A DNA stretch of 60,652 nucleotides from a virus (lineage: Duplodnaviria; Caudoviricetes). Positions 37,076 to 47,157 of this stretch are shown here, piece after piece. The stretch lies in IMG/VR virus record IMGVR_UViG_3300017989_000126, positions 1-60,652 of that record; one strand, written 5' to 3'. How positions within the stretch are numbered: position 1 is the stretch's first letter; each line of letters opens with the position of its first letter. Position numbers and translations under genes: made by a program. A model generated the notes under the pieces. That model searched no databases. It was not told where the DNA came from and was given only the letters and a program-made list of their open reading frames with translations.

Positions 37076-39424
37076 ATGGCTATACTTAGAGGATTTCCTC
37101 CATCGAACACAATTTCGCCTAGCGTTCGAATCACCGAAAAAGATTTGTCCTTTATTGCACCAGAACAATCCTTCCATCGTGCAGGTATTGTTGGGTTTGC
37201 ATCCAAGGGACCAATCAACGTGCCAACCCAGATTTCCACGCACAGACAACTCAACACGGTATTTGGCTACCCGCATCCTGAAAGCGGTGACCCGTACCTC
37301 ATTTACGCTGCTGAGCAATACCTGCTTGTTGCAAATGAACTGTGGGTTGTTCGTGTTGGAGACGAGGAAAACGTTAGTGACGAACAAGCTCGAAAAGCAG
37401 AAGTAGAACTTCCTGCTGCTGGTGGCCAGATTCTTATTGAATCTGATACTGCTGGGCCATACACATTTGCGGAAGACTCTTTCTTCCGCTGGAGACTCAA
37501 TGGAGTCTTGCAAGAAAAGGTTTTGGTTGTGCTTGCTGGAACATACACAACAGCACAAACAGTCGAAGACCTCAACCTTCAGCTTGAATCAGATATTGAC
37601 GGCATTGAATTCTATGTCGCAACAGATGACAAAATCGCTGTACGAACCACATTCTCGTTTGGCCCAGATGCTGAACTGGAACTCGTTTCTGTTCAGGACG
37701 CCATCTATGGTGGTGCTGTTGTTGATGGAAACGTAACTGGTTTGGGAACAGGCATGACACAAGCCAGCATTACTGGCTCTAAATCACAATATCCAGCAAG
37801 TTATCAAACTGCTGGTGAATATGACTTCGCTGGTCTTACTGACCAGAACATTCAAATCGTCATTGACGGCACAGACAATGTGTTGATCGACAATGTTATT
37901 CAGGTCATCGACCTTGAAGACCTTGAAGGTGGCGAATACACGATTGCTGAAGTCGTTTCAGAAATCAATAGTCAGAAGACAGTAAACGGTGGCTCTTTGC
38001 CGGGTGGCTGGACTGCTTCTGCAACAGGAGACAACCTCACATTTACAACCGATCACCATGGACGAGATGCAAGATTGCTTATCAAGTCTGACAGTACTGC
38101 TGATGGTGTTTTCGGATTTGAAAATGTGACCGTCACAGGAACAAGCCCGCTGGGAACTTCTGGTGACGCTGCTGTTCATACTTATGGACGAGCCAACGGT
38201 GATGCAGGAGACGGAGAACTTACTCTGACAATTACTGCTGACACTGCTGGTATCGATGGTAACGACACACAAGTTGTTGTCACCAACAACATTCGTGAAG
38301 GTAACTTTGAAATCGATGTTTATAACAACGGTGTTCAAGTTGAAGCATGGGGACAGTTAACCAAAGATGAAACAAGTCGTTTCTATGTTGAAACGTTCTT
38401 GGCTTTGGTTTCTGACTGGATTCGTGGCGTCGATGTCACATCTAACCCTGCTCCTCCACTGGATGGAACTTACCGATTAGCAGGTGGTTCAGACGGTATC
38501 CCATCAGACCCTGATGAACAAGATGCATTAATCTTGGGTAATCAGCTTGGATTTACTGGACTGTACGCTTTGTCAGAACCAGAACAGATCGACATCGACC
38601 TGATCTGTGTTCCGGGGCACACCTCAACATCAGTTGTTACAGCCTTGTTAGACTTCGCACAAAACCTGCGAGCTGATTGTTTAGCTGTTATCGATCCACC
38701 ATTTGGTTTGACAGTTAACGAAATTATTGCATGGCAAAACGGTGTTCACCCGCTCAACACTACTCGCTTTGACAGCGACTTTGGTGCTCTCTACTGGCCT
38801 TGGGTCAAGATCAGAGACAACTTCAACCGTGTTGATATTTGGGCTCCACCATCTGGTTCTATCTTGGCGGTTATCGCTCGATCTGATCAGTTGGCAGCAC
38901 CGTGGTTCGCACCTGCTGGTCTTAACCGAGGAACAGTTCCGGGTATTTCGGACGTATTCTCTCGACCAACCCTGCAAGAGCGAGACCTGATGTACGGATA
39001 CAGAAATGCCATTAACCCAATTGTTCAGTTTGTGGACTTTGAAGGGTTTGTGGTTTGGGGTCAGAAGACCCTGCAAAGGCGTCCTACGGCTCTCGACAGA
39101 GTCAATGTAAGGCGGCTCTTGTTCTATCTTGAGAAGAGAATTAGAGCAGCTTCTCGTGCTCTGCTCTTTGATCCACACGATGAAGAACTAAGGGCTCAGT
39201 TTGTTCGATTGGCAACAGCTATTCTTACAGAGGTCCAAGTTGGTCGTGGTCTGACAGACTTCAGAGTCAAATGTGACGATGAGTTGAACCCACCAGACGT
39301 TATCGACCGAAATGAAATGCGAGCTAGAATTGGCGTCCAGCCAACACGTGCGGTTGAGTTTATCTTCATTGAATTCTCGATTCACAGAACTGGAAGCTTT
39401 GCAGAGAACGCTGACACGTTCTAA
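37076..39424 (+). CDS. Contractile tail sheath protein (gp18-like)
   Basis: SPSV.I.EKDLS, KGP, YWPW, PPSG, WFAPAG.NRG, VWGQKTL, RVNVRRL, VEFI. Confidence 0.97.
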   Translation: MAILRGFPPSNTISPSVRITEKDLSFIAPEQSFHRAGIVGFASKGPINVPTQISTHRQLNTVFGYPHPESGDPYLIYAAEQYLLVANELWVVRVGDEENVSDEQARKAEVELPAAGGQILIESDTAGPYTFAEDSFFRWRLNGVLQEKVLVVLAGTYTTAQTVEDLNLQLESDIDGIEFYVATDDKIAVRTTFSFGPDAELELVSVQDAIYGGAVVDGNVTGLGTGMTQASITGSKSQYPASYQTAGEYDFAGLTDQNIQIVIDGTDNVLIDNVIQVIDLEDLEGGEYTIAEVVSEINSQKTVNGGSLPGGWTASATGDNLTFTTDHHGRDARLLIKSDSTADGVFGFENVTVTGTSPLGTSGDAAVHTYGRANGDAGDGELTLTITADTAGIDGNDTQVVVTNNIREGNFEIDVYNNGVQVEAWGQLTKDETSRFYVETFLALVSDWIRGVDVTSNPAPPLDGTYRLAGGSDGIPSDPDEQDALILGNQLGFTGLYALSEPEQIDIDLICVPGHTSTSVVTALLDFAQNLRADCLAVIDPPFGLTVNEIIAWQNGVHPLNTTRFDSDFGALYWPWVKIRDNFNRVDIWAPPSGSILAVIARSDQLAAPWFAPAGLNRGTVPGISDVFSRPTLQERDLMYGYRNAINPIVQFVDFEGFVVWGQKTLQRRPTALDRVNVRRLLFYLEKRIRAASRALLFDPHDEELRAQFVRLATAILTEVQVGRGLTDFRVKCDDELNPPDVIDRNEMRARIGVQPTRAVEFIFIEFSIHRTGSFAENADTF

Positions 39425-39436
39425 GAAAAATTCCAC

Positions 39437-39465
39437 AGGACTCCCCATTCCGGGGAGTCCTTTTT
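39437..39465 (+). terminator. Intrinsic terminator
   Basis: GGACTCCCC..GGGGAGTCCTTTTT. Confidence 0.8.
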
Positions 39466-39488
39466 ATCCACAGAAATAAGAGGTTTTC

Positions 39489-40037
39489 ATGGCTGATATG
39501 GGAATAGGCAGGCTAGGTGCCCCCACAACCATCATGAAAAGAAAGTTCCGATGGAAATTCCAAATACAAACACCACTTGGGTTCGTTCCTGAATGGTGGT
39601 GTAAAATTGGATCACGTCCACAATTGGACATAGATGAAACAGAAGTCAACTTCCTTAACCAAGCAACTTGGTTCCCCGGAAAGGCTAGATGGCAACCCCT
39701 TTCGATCACTTACATAGACAACAATGAATCGGGCGATGCGGGTCTACAAGGTTTGTGGAACCTCATTGCTTCTGTTTACAACTTTCAAACAAACGAATTA
39801 GGTCAGACAGAAAAATTAGGATGGAATAGCACTGGCATTCTAACAATGTACGATGGATGCGGTGGGCTCATGGAAACATGGCAATTAGGATCTTTATGGC
39901 CTCAGTCAATTAACTGGGGTGATTTAGATTACGCAGTGTCTGAAGAAGCAACAATAGACGTGACTTTTAGATATTCTGAGGTCCGACACTTCTCTTCTTG
40001 CGGACCAACACCATTTGGAATATGTCAAGGGTGTTAA
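39489..40037 (+). CDS. Tail tube protein, paralog 1 (gp19-like)
   Basis: KRKFRW, RP, PGK..W, YDGCG, WP..WGDLDY, RY. Confidence 0.85.
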   Translation: MADMGIGRLGAPTTIMKRKFRWKFQIQTPLGFVPEWWCKIGSRPQLDIDETEVNFLNQATWFPGKARWQPLSITYIDNNESGDAGLQGLWNLIASVYNFQTNELGQTEKLGWNSTGILTMYDGCGGLMETWQLGSLWPQSINWGDLDYAVSEEATIDVTFRYSEVRHFSSCGPTPFGICQGC

Positions 40038-40081
40038 TACATCATAAATAGTTCTAATAGAACAACCATACAGGAGTAAAA

Positions 40082-40687
40082 ATGGCTAACAAACCTATGG
40101 GAATCGGCATTATCGGCCAGCCGGATATCGTCTTTAAAAGACAATTCCGTTGGACTTTTGAAATCCAAGGTTTTTGTAACAACGAAAAAAACGTAGTTCC
40201 AGAACACTTTGTGATGACGACAGGCCGTCCAAACCTCAGTATTGAGGAAACACAAATCGACCACTTGAACGCCAGAACATGGATTCCGGGTAAAGCTCAG
40301 TGGGAAACTATCACAGTAACATATATCGATGTGGCACATGACCAAATGCGAATGCTTTGGAACTGGCTTGCAACAACCCATGATTTCACTGATCCAGTAA
40401 ATCTTACCATGGGTAATAAGCGAGACTGGCATGCAGTCGGTGTTCTGAACATGTACGATGGTTGCGGTGTTCTTCTGGAAACTTGGGAAATGAGAAACAT
40501 GTGGCCAACCGCCGTAAACTTCGGCGAGCTTGACTACTCAAGTTCTGAATACGCAACAATTGAATTAACGCTTCGTTACTCAGATGTGGCTTACAGATCA
40601 CTGTGTCCAGAATTCACTCCAGAAGCTTGCTGCTCTGGTTGTGGTACTGGTACGACTGTTACCCAGCCAAGTGTCGATTTTGTTTAA
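40082..40687 (+). CDS. Tail tube protein, paralog 2
   Basis: Same motifs; FGELDYS, IELTLRYS. Confidence 0.88.
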   Translation: MANKPMGIGIIGQPDIVFKRQFRWTFEIQGFCNNEKNVVPEHFVMTTGRPNLSIEETQIDHLNARTWIPGKAQWETITVTYIDVAHDQMRMLWNWLATTHDFTDPVNLTMGNKRDWHAVGVLNMYDGCGVLLETWEMRNMWPTAVNFGELDYSSSEYATIELTLRYSDVAYRSLCPEFTPEACCSGCGTGTTVTQPSVDFV

Positions 40688-40718
40688 AAATTGATACAGG
40701 TATAGATAAGGAGATAAA

Positions 40719-41345
40719 ATGGCTATACCTATGGGTATTGGCAATTTGGGTTTCGAAAACAATGTGTTCAAACGGAAATTCCGTTACACCGTTGAGTTGC
40801 AAAATATTTGTGGCGGTCAACAGGTTCCAAAACATTATGTGAAAATGGCTGACCGCCCAAATATTTCAATTGAACCAACTGAGATCAATTTCCTCAACGC
40901 TAAAAGCTGGATTCCGGGCAAAGCATCATGGGAAACCATTACTTTGACTTACTATGATGTTGCCAACACATATGAATTGAAACCACTATATGACTGGTTA
41001 GCATCAGTCTACAATTTTGCTGATCCTCGTGGTATTTTTGGAGGTTTACAACAAGGCTCTCAAAAGAATGATTATGCAGCAACTGCTATCATATCTCTTT
41101 GGGATGGTTGTGGAGAAGAATTAGAAAGATGGACAATTAGAGATGCTTGGCCAGAAGCAGTGAATTTTGATTCCCTCGATTACAGTGATTCCGAAGCAGT
41201 CACTATCGAATTGACACTGCGTTACTCCGATGTATTTTACCAACACATGTGTCCAAATTACATTCCTCAAAACTGCTGTTCGCCTTGTGGTGGCATAGGA
41301 GGGGGTTTGACTTTAATAAACGTTGAAAGAACTCCGCTTCGTTAA
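40719..41345 (+). CDS. Tail tube protein, paralog 3
   Basis: Same motifs. Confidence 0.85.
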   Translation: MAIPMGIGNLGFENNVFKRKFRYTVELQNICGGQQVPKHYVKMADRPNISIEPTEINFLNAKSWIPGKASWETITLTYYDVANTYELKPLYDWLASVYNFADPRGIFGGLQQGSQKNDYAATAIISLWDGCGEELERWTIRDAWPEAVNFDSLDYSDSEAVTIELTLRYSDVFYQHMCPNYIPQNCCSPCGGIGGGLTLINVERTPLR

Positions 41346-41373
41346 ACGATCATTGTCGTTGGTTACTATATTG

Positions 41374-41400
41374 AGGGGTAGCTTATGCTGCCCCTTTTTT
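41374..41400 (+). terminator. Intrinsic terminator
   Basis: AGGGGTAGC..GCTGCCCCTTTTTT. Confidence 0.7.
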
Positions 41401-41416
41401 ATCTATGGAGGCTCAA

Positions 41417-41938
41417 ATGGGTCGTAGAATGAGCATTGACTTTGGCGATAAGTTGTGCAAAAGAAAACATCGTTGGCTATTTCAGCTTACCAGCAATAAT
41501 GGCGAAGTAATTGGAGATGGATCGCTTAACACATTACCTCCACTTAAAACATCCCGACCAACTTTAGTTTTCAAAGAAATGTCAGCACAACATCTTAACG
41601 AAGAGGTGTTTTACCCGGCAAAGCCTGACTGGAAGCCAATTCAAATCACATTATACGACATTAAAACAAATGGAAACCACCCTGTATTCGAATGGCTGAA
41701 AAGCCTTTATGATCCAGAAGATCAAGCAAAGTGGTCAGCTCCTGTTGACAGTGGTTTCATTAGACCAAATGCAACTTTGACTTTATTTGATGGTTGCGGT
41801 GAAGTTGTGGAAAGATGGGTCTACCAAAGTGTCTGGCCTCAGACAGTGGATTTTCAACAACTAGACATGGGCTTAAGCGAATATGTTACATGTGATTTGA
41901 TTTTAAGATACGTCAGAGCTTACATTGAGGAATTTTGA
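41417..41938 (+). CDS. Tail tube-like protein, paralog 4
   Basis: KRKHRW, RP, FDGCG, WP..F..LD, LRY; GGAGG before ATG41417. Confidence 0.8.
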   Translation: MGRRMSIDFGDKLCKRKHRWLFQLTSNNGEVIGDGSLNTLPPLKTSRPTLVFKEMSAQHLNEEVFYPAKPDWKPIQITLYDIKTNGNHPVFEWLKSLYDPEDQAKWSAPVDSGFIRPNATLTLFDGCGEVVERWVYQSVWPQTVDFQQLDMGLSEYVTCDLILRYVRAYIEEF

Positions 41939-42186
41939 TCTTCTTGCTCTTCGTCATATTCTTCTTTTAAACACTCTTTCATTCCACGCAGGGCGTCTTC
42001 AAGTTGCTTGTTTTTCCAACCCATTTCACGACATGTACTGCTTTTATTGAGACGACCTTTTTTGGTGTATACAATATTTTCACCGCCTAACAAACACTCC
42101 ACTAAATCGCCATATCCATTGTCGATTAATTTTTGAATCATCTCACCTGTTTCAAGGTTAATTGTTGGATCTACATTAGCATTCAT
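41920..42186 (-). CDS. Small DNA-binding-like protein next to the late sigma gene
   Basis: YTKKGRLNKS motif. Confidence 0.65.
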   Translation of the reverse strand: MNANVDPTINLETGEMIQKLIDNGYGDLVECLLGGENIVYTKKGRLNKSSTCREMGWKNKQLEDALRGMKECLKEEYDEEQEDQNSSM

Positions 42187-42201
42187 AAATTTTACCCCAC
42201 T

Positions 42202-42744
42202 TTAATTGTATCGCTCTTTTCCATTTCTAAGAAAAACTGATTCGAGTTTGTCTTGCAAGAATGTATGATACTTCTTTTTCAATTCATGATAATTTCGTGC
42301 GCTGCGATAAAGTTGTCGATAATGATTCAAAATACATGTTGTCATATAATTGAATGCTTTAGCTTTTTGTCCATTCTTGCCTGTGTAATTGGGGTTGAAT
42401 CTATCTACTTTTTCAAAGCAGATAACTACGCCTTCCTGAATAGCATCATCAATATCAATGCCACTAAATTTTGCATAGTTAGCGATGTTTTCAGACAAGA
42501 TATAAAAAGCAGTAGCTAACTGGTCCTGACACTCTTTGAAATTTTCACATGTTTCTTCATATGAATCAATTTTGTCTTGCAGTAGCTTCTTCTTTTGGTT
42601 ATCTTTGTATTTCAACTTGCGTCTTTGGTGTGTCTCTTGTAGATCCTGAAGTATTAATTCGTATTTTTGTTTTTCACGTTTGTGTATTTGAAAGGACTGA
42701 ATCACAGATTCAAATGTCTTATTGTTTAGATACTCGTTAGCCAA
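42202..42744 (-). CDS. Late-transcription sigma factor (T4 gp55-like)
   Basis: YLNNK, DDAIQEG..CFEKVDRFNP, KAFNYMTTCI. Confidence 0.8.
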   Translation of the reverse strand: MANEYLNNKTFESVIQSFQIHKREKQKYELILQDLQETHQRRKLKYKDNQKKKLLQDKIDSYEETCENFKECQDQLATAFYILSENIANYAKFSGIDIDDAIQEGVVICFEKVDRFNPNYTGKNGQKAKAFNYMTTCILNHYRQLYRSARNYHELKKKYHTFLQDKLESVFLRNGKERYN

Positions 42745-42845
42745 AAGTCCTCCTGTGTACCAAAGGGGGGATTATATATCTGTTTGTGGCTAACAAATTC
42801 TCACAAGAAAAAACAAGAAATCCATTCTATTAAAATAATCATAGT

Positions 42846-43037
42846 ATGCATCTTATCAGTTTGTTCTCAGAAATACAAGCCAATCCTAAGAATATTAGGG
42901 CTTACAGGCGTCTCATAGATCATTATCGTAAACAAAATATGATAAATGAAGAGCAAGCTTTTATTAGCCTGCTGGAGGAAAAGTTTGACACTACTTACGA
43001 TTCAAATCCTGACGAAGAACAACGAACAAACAATTGA
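42846..43037 (+). CDS. Small hypothetical protein
   Basis: 63 aa ORF. Confidence 0.55.
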   Translation: MHLISLFSEIQANPKNIRAYRRLIDHYRKQNMINEEQAFISLLEEKFDTTYDSNPDEEQRTNN

Positions 43038-43944
43038 AAAAACACTTCGTTCAATTCAACCTTTAGATTGTCCCATTGTAGCCATAGACATGGGCAGCAA
43101 AGATAACACTATAGAAATATGTCAAAATTATGGAGTGGAAGTTGTTTGGGACAAATCTACTACAAATAGAAGCGATCTTCGTAACAAAATAACACAACAA
43201 TGTGACACAGAATGGCAAATGTATATTGAACCATGGGAAACATTAAACCAAGGTCATATGCTTGTTTTAAATGGCCTAAAAAGCAATTTTCATTACCTGA
43301 CAATTATACGCAACACTATATTCAGCAAAGAGATACGAATTTGGAAACCTGCAAGTGGTAAAAAATTCATAAACCCTGTTTTTGAACGAATTGATTCCGA
43401 TCAAGCCGATAATCTATCAGGAATCATTTATTCAGGAGGCAATTTAAACTTTGAAGATGCCAGAAAAGAATTAAATCGCTGGAAAAACGAAAAACCAATG
43501 GATGCTGCTCCGTTTTACTATGAAGCATCTCTTTTAATGGCCGAAGGAAAATATGAAGAATTTATGAAATCATCTTCGCATTATATGTTCATTGAAAACA
43601 AAGTCTCTATGTCTTCTGTAATGAATCGATACTATTATGCATTCGTTTCTTTGTACCACTTCAAACAAGTAAAACCCACTTTGCAGAACTTAGCTCTTTG
43701 CCTTGAAGCCAAACCATTAATGGCAGAATTTTGGTGTTTGACAGCAGATGTCCATTACCATCTTTTGAACGATTTTGACAAAGCAAAAAAACTTTATGAA
43801 AATGCAATTTTTTTAGGCCGGAGACGACTGAAAAGTGATGAATGGCCGATGGATGTCACAAAATATGGATCATATCCAGAGAAAATGATTGCCAGTTGTG
43901 ATGAACTTTTGAAATCAACACAAGTTTATTCTAAAAGAAATTAA
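42946..43944 (+). CDS. GT2-like glycosyltransferase with TPR-like tail (true start probably near 42985)
   Basis: ILTKNNEQTIEKTL, IDMGSKDNT. Confidence 0.75.
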   Translation: MKSKLLLACWRKSLTLLTIQILTKNNEQTIEKTLRSIQPLDCPIVAIDMGSKDNTIEICQNYGVEVVWDKSTTNRSDLRNKITQQCDTEWQMYIEPWETLNQGHMLVLNGLKSNFHYLTIIRNTIFSKEIRIWKPASGKKFINPVFERIDSDQADNLSGIIYSGGNLNFEDARKELNRWKNEKPMDAAPFYYEASLLMAEGKYEEFMKSSSHYMFIENKVSMSSVMNRYYYAFVSLYHFKQVKPTLQNLALCLEAKPLMAEFWCLTADVHYHLLNDFDKAKKLYENAIFLGRRRLKSDEWPMDVTKYGSYPEKMIASCDELLKSTQVYSKRN

Positions 43945-44312
43945 AACCCCAAATCATTTATCACAACAGTAACTTGATCTTCAAACCTTGCAATGTCGAG
44001 TTGTTTGCGACCGGGAGGGAGAGCACGAAGTTTACTGGCCAATTCATGAATCGTGCAATTGATTACCGACCACTCGTTCTTTGTCACTGTTTCTTCTTCA
44101 GCTTCACTTGTGTCTTTTGTTGGGAAATAATCTGCAAGTTGTTTTGAAGCTGTTTTCATTACCTTTTTGTAGATTGGATGATTGCAGGCACATCCCGGAT
44201 TTTGGAGAAACTTAGTGACATCCTTTGTCAGCTCTTCGGGGAGAGTTGACCGAAAACGGTCATCGAGAAGTGCTTGCTTCACATCCAGTAATTTGATTTT
44301 CTGTTTGCTCAT
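43941..44312 (-). CDS. Hypothetical protein (CACN motif)
   Basis: Part of a tightly packed minus-strand run. Confidence 0.7.
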   Translation of the reverse strand: MSKQKIKLLDVKQALLDDRFRSTLPEELTKDVTKFLQNPGCACNHPIYKKVMKTASKQLADYFPTKDTSEAEEETVTKNEWSVINCTIHELASKLRALPPGRKQLDIARFEDQVTVVINDLGF

Positions 44313-44659
44313 GTTTCATCCAATTCTTCTGGTTCTTCGATCTTTCTCTGAGCTTCTTTTTGACGTTCTTCCTCTTCTTCAATCCTTTTTCTTTGCTCTT
44401 TTTCTGCTTTCACAAAGACATCAGGAAGTCTTTTTAAAACAACGCCTCTGCCACATTTTGGACATTTAACTGAAGGGGGTTGTTCTGTTGCTTTCTTGGT
44501 TTTAGTCTTTTTGGTCAATGGATCAATGTAAGGAGAACCACCGGGAACTTTAGGTCTTCTGATTTCCACCAGTCCTTCTGTTGATTCAACAATTTTTTTG
44601 TAAGCACATGGCTCGCAAAAAATCATATACCTTTTATTCGCTGTCATCCCCAACATCAC
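44309..44659 (-). CDS. Zn-ribbon protein
   Basis: CEPC and CPKCG. Confidence 0.7.
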   Translation of the reverse strand: MMLGMTANKRYMIFCEPCAYKKIVESTEGLVEIRRPKVPGGSPYIDPLTKKTKTKKATEQPPSVKCPKCGRGVVLKRLPDVFVKAEKEQRKRIEEEEERQKEAQRKIEEPEELDET

Positions 44660-44975
44660 CTATTACAAATTCTGTTTTTGAAACAATGTAATCGTTTATA
44701 ATCATATAAGCTGGCGAAACGAAACTTCCAGCAAAACCTGAAGCAAGAATCCAAAATGGGTTTTGTGAAATAATAATTGCTCCGCAGATCATGCCACACC
44801 AAAAACCACAACATTGATGACATGTAACAAGTTTGTTAAAAGTGTCACCAAGCAATTCAGTGCCCTTGTTTCTAAACAAAACAACAAGAGGCATGTCGCT
44901 TTCAACGACAATATTTGTCAATCCAATTGTGCTCAATAAAAAGAAAATTATATCAGCCATTATTTGCCTCTTCAT
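44634..44975 (-). CDS. DUF1360-like membrane protein
   Basis: LVTCHQCCGFW plus TM segments. Confidence 0.65.
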   Translation of the reverse strand: MKRQIMADIIFFLLSTIGLTNIVVESDMPLVVLFRNKGTELLGDTFNKLVTCHQCCGFWCGMICGAIIISQNPFWILASGFAGSFVSPAYMIINDYIVSKTEFVIGDVGDDSE

Positions 44976-45231
44976 TTAAAACAACATTCATCCCTGATGA
45001 ATGACATGGTTTATCCCAATGTGTAACTTCTATGCGAGAGGATTCATTAGAGGTAGGAACAAACATTACGATGTAATTTTCTTCCTTTTCAATTCGTTGA
45101 ATCATCTCTTTGTTGAACTCTTTCGCTGTTTTCATCGTTTGAATTCTTTCTTCCTGAGAATCCTCAGACAAAAAGTTAATGTAAAAAGTCAATATTCCAC
45201 GCATTTGCTCAGCCATTATTTCTCCTATCAA
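44953..45231 (-). CDS. Hypothetical protein
   Basis: Packed ORF with AGGAG RBS. Confidence 0.6.
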   Translation of the reverse strand: MIGEIMAEQMRGILTFYINFLSEDSQEERIQTMKTAKEFNKEMIQRIEKEENYIVMFVPTSNESSRIEVTHWDKPCHSSGMNVVLNEEANNG

Positions 45232-45233
45232 TT

Positions 45234-45605
45234 TTATCGCCAGAAGGATATATAGAGATATTCAGCATCCCTCCATGTACTGAAGTATTGAAACTCAATT
45301 TCACACAATGCTTCACATATCTTAGTTTCTGACAAGGGTATTTTGTAGTTTTCAACTGATCGATAGTTGAGTTTTTCTACTACCAATTGCTCGCCAAAAT
45401 GCTTTTCTAATATCTGAACGTGTTCATCATTCAATTGATCCAAGAAGTCTAAAATGGCTTGTTTTGCCATTTGTCGAAGCATTGGCACTCTAAACCCCAA
45501 TCTCCATTGCTCAAAATAACTGAACATGTAGGGAGGCAATAGTTTCTGAACTTCAGTATCTTGAAAAACAAGTTCTTCTGCGGTGGAGAAATTTAATCTT
45601 TTCAT
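45234..45605 (-). CDS. Hypothetical protein
   Basis: 123 aa ORF. Confidence 0.65.
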   Translation of the reverse strand: MKRLNFSTAEELVFQDTEVQKLLPPYMFSYFEQWRLGFRVPMLRQMAKQAILDFLDQLNDEHVQILEKHFGEQLVVEKLNYRSVENYKIPLSETKICEALCEIEFQYFSTWRDAEYLYISFWR

Positions 45606-45672
45606 ACTCTAATATTTCGCACCCTCGGTAGCGAAAAGCCTAATCAACTTAGAATAGTAACAAGGAGCCAAT

Positions 45673-46812
45673 ATGGCCGATGATGTTTACAGACAAACAC
45701 GAAAGAAAGTAGATCCAGATCCACAAGCTGAATCCGAAACAGTTTCACAGCCAAGTATTGATCAATTGCCTGATGATCACCCTCTAAAGGCTGTTCAATC
45801 CGTTCATCAAGCTGCTGCCCAAGAAGTTGGACAAGAAGCCCCTGCTCCTATGCGGCCTATGGCGACCCCAGATGGTGGTTTACAAATTTCAGGCAATGTG
45901 CCCCCACAATTGCGTGCACAAATGCAAGGTGGTTCACAAGGACCACCAAAAATGAACAATCCCAGATCAACTTCAACACCACAGCCCACTCCTGATAGTC
46001 AATTAAGACTTCAGGGAAGCAGCGAATTAGAAAATTTGTTGGGAAGGCTGGCCGAAGAACATTCAAATTGGGAACCTTTGGAACTTCCTTCTAAAGGTCG
46101 ATTTTACGAAAACATCCCTCCTGTTCTTCATATTCGACCTATGACAGGTGAAGAAGAGCAAATCCTTGCCACCCCAAGATGGGTCAAAAAAGGCAAGGCG
46201 ATTGATATGATTTTCGAGAAATGCATTAGAGAAAAAATACCAACAGAAGAGTTACTTTCAGTAGATCGTAACTATCTTTTGATTTTCCTTCGAGGTATAT
46301 CTTATACTCCTGAATACGATGTAGAAGTGAAATGTCCTGAATGTGCTACCAACTTTGCCACAATCATTAACCTTGACGGAATTGAAGTTGAGGAATGTCC
46401 TGACGACTTTGATTCATCTAAACTTGTAGGAACATTGCCAATTACAGGATTTGGTTATCGTTACAAATTAGCAACTGGTGGCGACGAACAGGCAATTACA
46501 GATTATCGTGAACGACGAGTTCAAATGTTTGGCGATCAAACAGAAGATGATACGTTGTTGTTTAGAACAGCTTCTTTGTTGGAATGGGTTGAAGGCGTCA
46601 CAGATCGACGTGAGATTCAAGTTCTTTTGAAGCGTCTTCCAATTGGTGACGTTGCTCATCTTCGAAATGCAGTTAATGATCCTCCTTTTGGCGTAGACAC
46701 TAAAATTCCCATGGTTTGTCCGGCATGTGCAGAAGAATTCAATATTGAATTGCCACTAGAAGCAAGTTTTTTCTTCCCACGGAAGAAGAAGGAAAACCCA
46801 ACCCATCAGTAG
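45673..46812 (+). CDS. Baseplate hub assembly / tail chaperone (T4 gp26-like)
   Basis: LPSKG, RPMTGEEE.IL, DRNYLLIFLRGISY, CPEC, CPAC, FF end. Confidence 0.8.
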   Translation: MADDVYRQTRKKVDPDPQAESETVSQPSIDQLPDDHPLKAVQSVHQAAAQEVGQEAPAPMRPMATPDGGLQISGNVPPQLRAQMQGGSQGPPKMNNPRSTSTPQPTPDSQLRLQGSSELENLLGRLAEEHSNWEPLELPSKGRFYENIPPVLHIRPMTGEEEQILATPRWVKKGKAIDMIFEKCIREKIPTEELLSVDRNYLLIFLRGISYTPEYDVEVKCPECATNFATIINLDGIEVEECPDDFDSSKLVGTLPITGFGYRYKLATGGDEQAITDYRERRVQMFGDQTEDDTLLFRTASLLEWVEGVTDRREIQVLLKRLPIGDVAHLRNAVNDPPFGVDTKIPMVCPACAEEFNIELPLEASFFFPRKKKENPTHQ

Positions 46813-46988
46813 AGCTTTGGCAAACGCTGATGGAGGAATTGTTCTTCTTCCAGTATCATATGCATATGAGCAAAAAAGATTGCATGACCTTACCTGTGCA
46901 TGAGCGCAAGTGGTTAATTCAAAGATTTATAGACCAGAAGAAAAAGGAAAATGAAGCCATAGATAAAGCACGTAAGAAAATTAAATAG
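46767..46988 (+). CDS. gp51-like extension in the -1 frame (probable programmed frameshift product)
   Basis: T TTT TTC at 46767-73; the -1 frame is open to TAG 46986-88 and reads ..LMEELFFFQYHMHMS..MTLPVHERKWLI.. Confidence 0.7.
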   Translation, partial: FFLPTEEEGKPNPSVELWQTLMEELFFFQYHMHMSKKDCMTLPVHERKWLIQRFIDQKKKENEAIDKARKKIK

Positions 46989-46999
46989 CGGGGTCGCTA

Positions 47000-47155
47000 A
47001 TGCGGAATTATTGGCTTAATCAGCACAAGGAAAGGAAAAAGAAAAAAACACTTTTGAAAGACTTGGATAAATCTGCCAGAGGCATTATCTTAAAACATTT
47101 AAAGCATAAAACGCCTAAAAAAAGTGGCAAAAAACTTTGGCTACCGGGAGACTAA
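47000..47155 (+). CDS. Small basic protein (51 aa; not in ORF track)
   Basis: MRNYWLNQ...KLWLPGD* fills the intergenic gap. Confidence 0.5.
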   Translation: MRNYWLNQHKERKKKKTLLKDLDKSARGIILKHLKHKTPKKSGKKLWLPGD

Positions 47156-47157
47156 GG

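Noticed and set aside
37076-41938. Extracellular contractile injection system or tailocin (sheath plus several tubes)
   Set aside because: Head-joining neck proteins, a gp55-like sigma, a resolvase, RNR and homing endonucleases indicate a phage genome.
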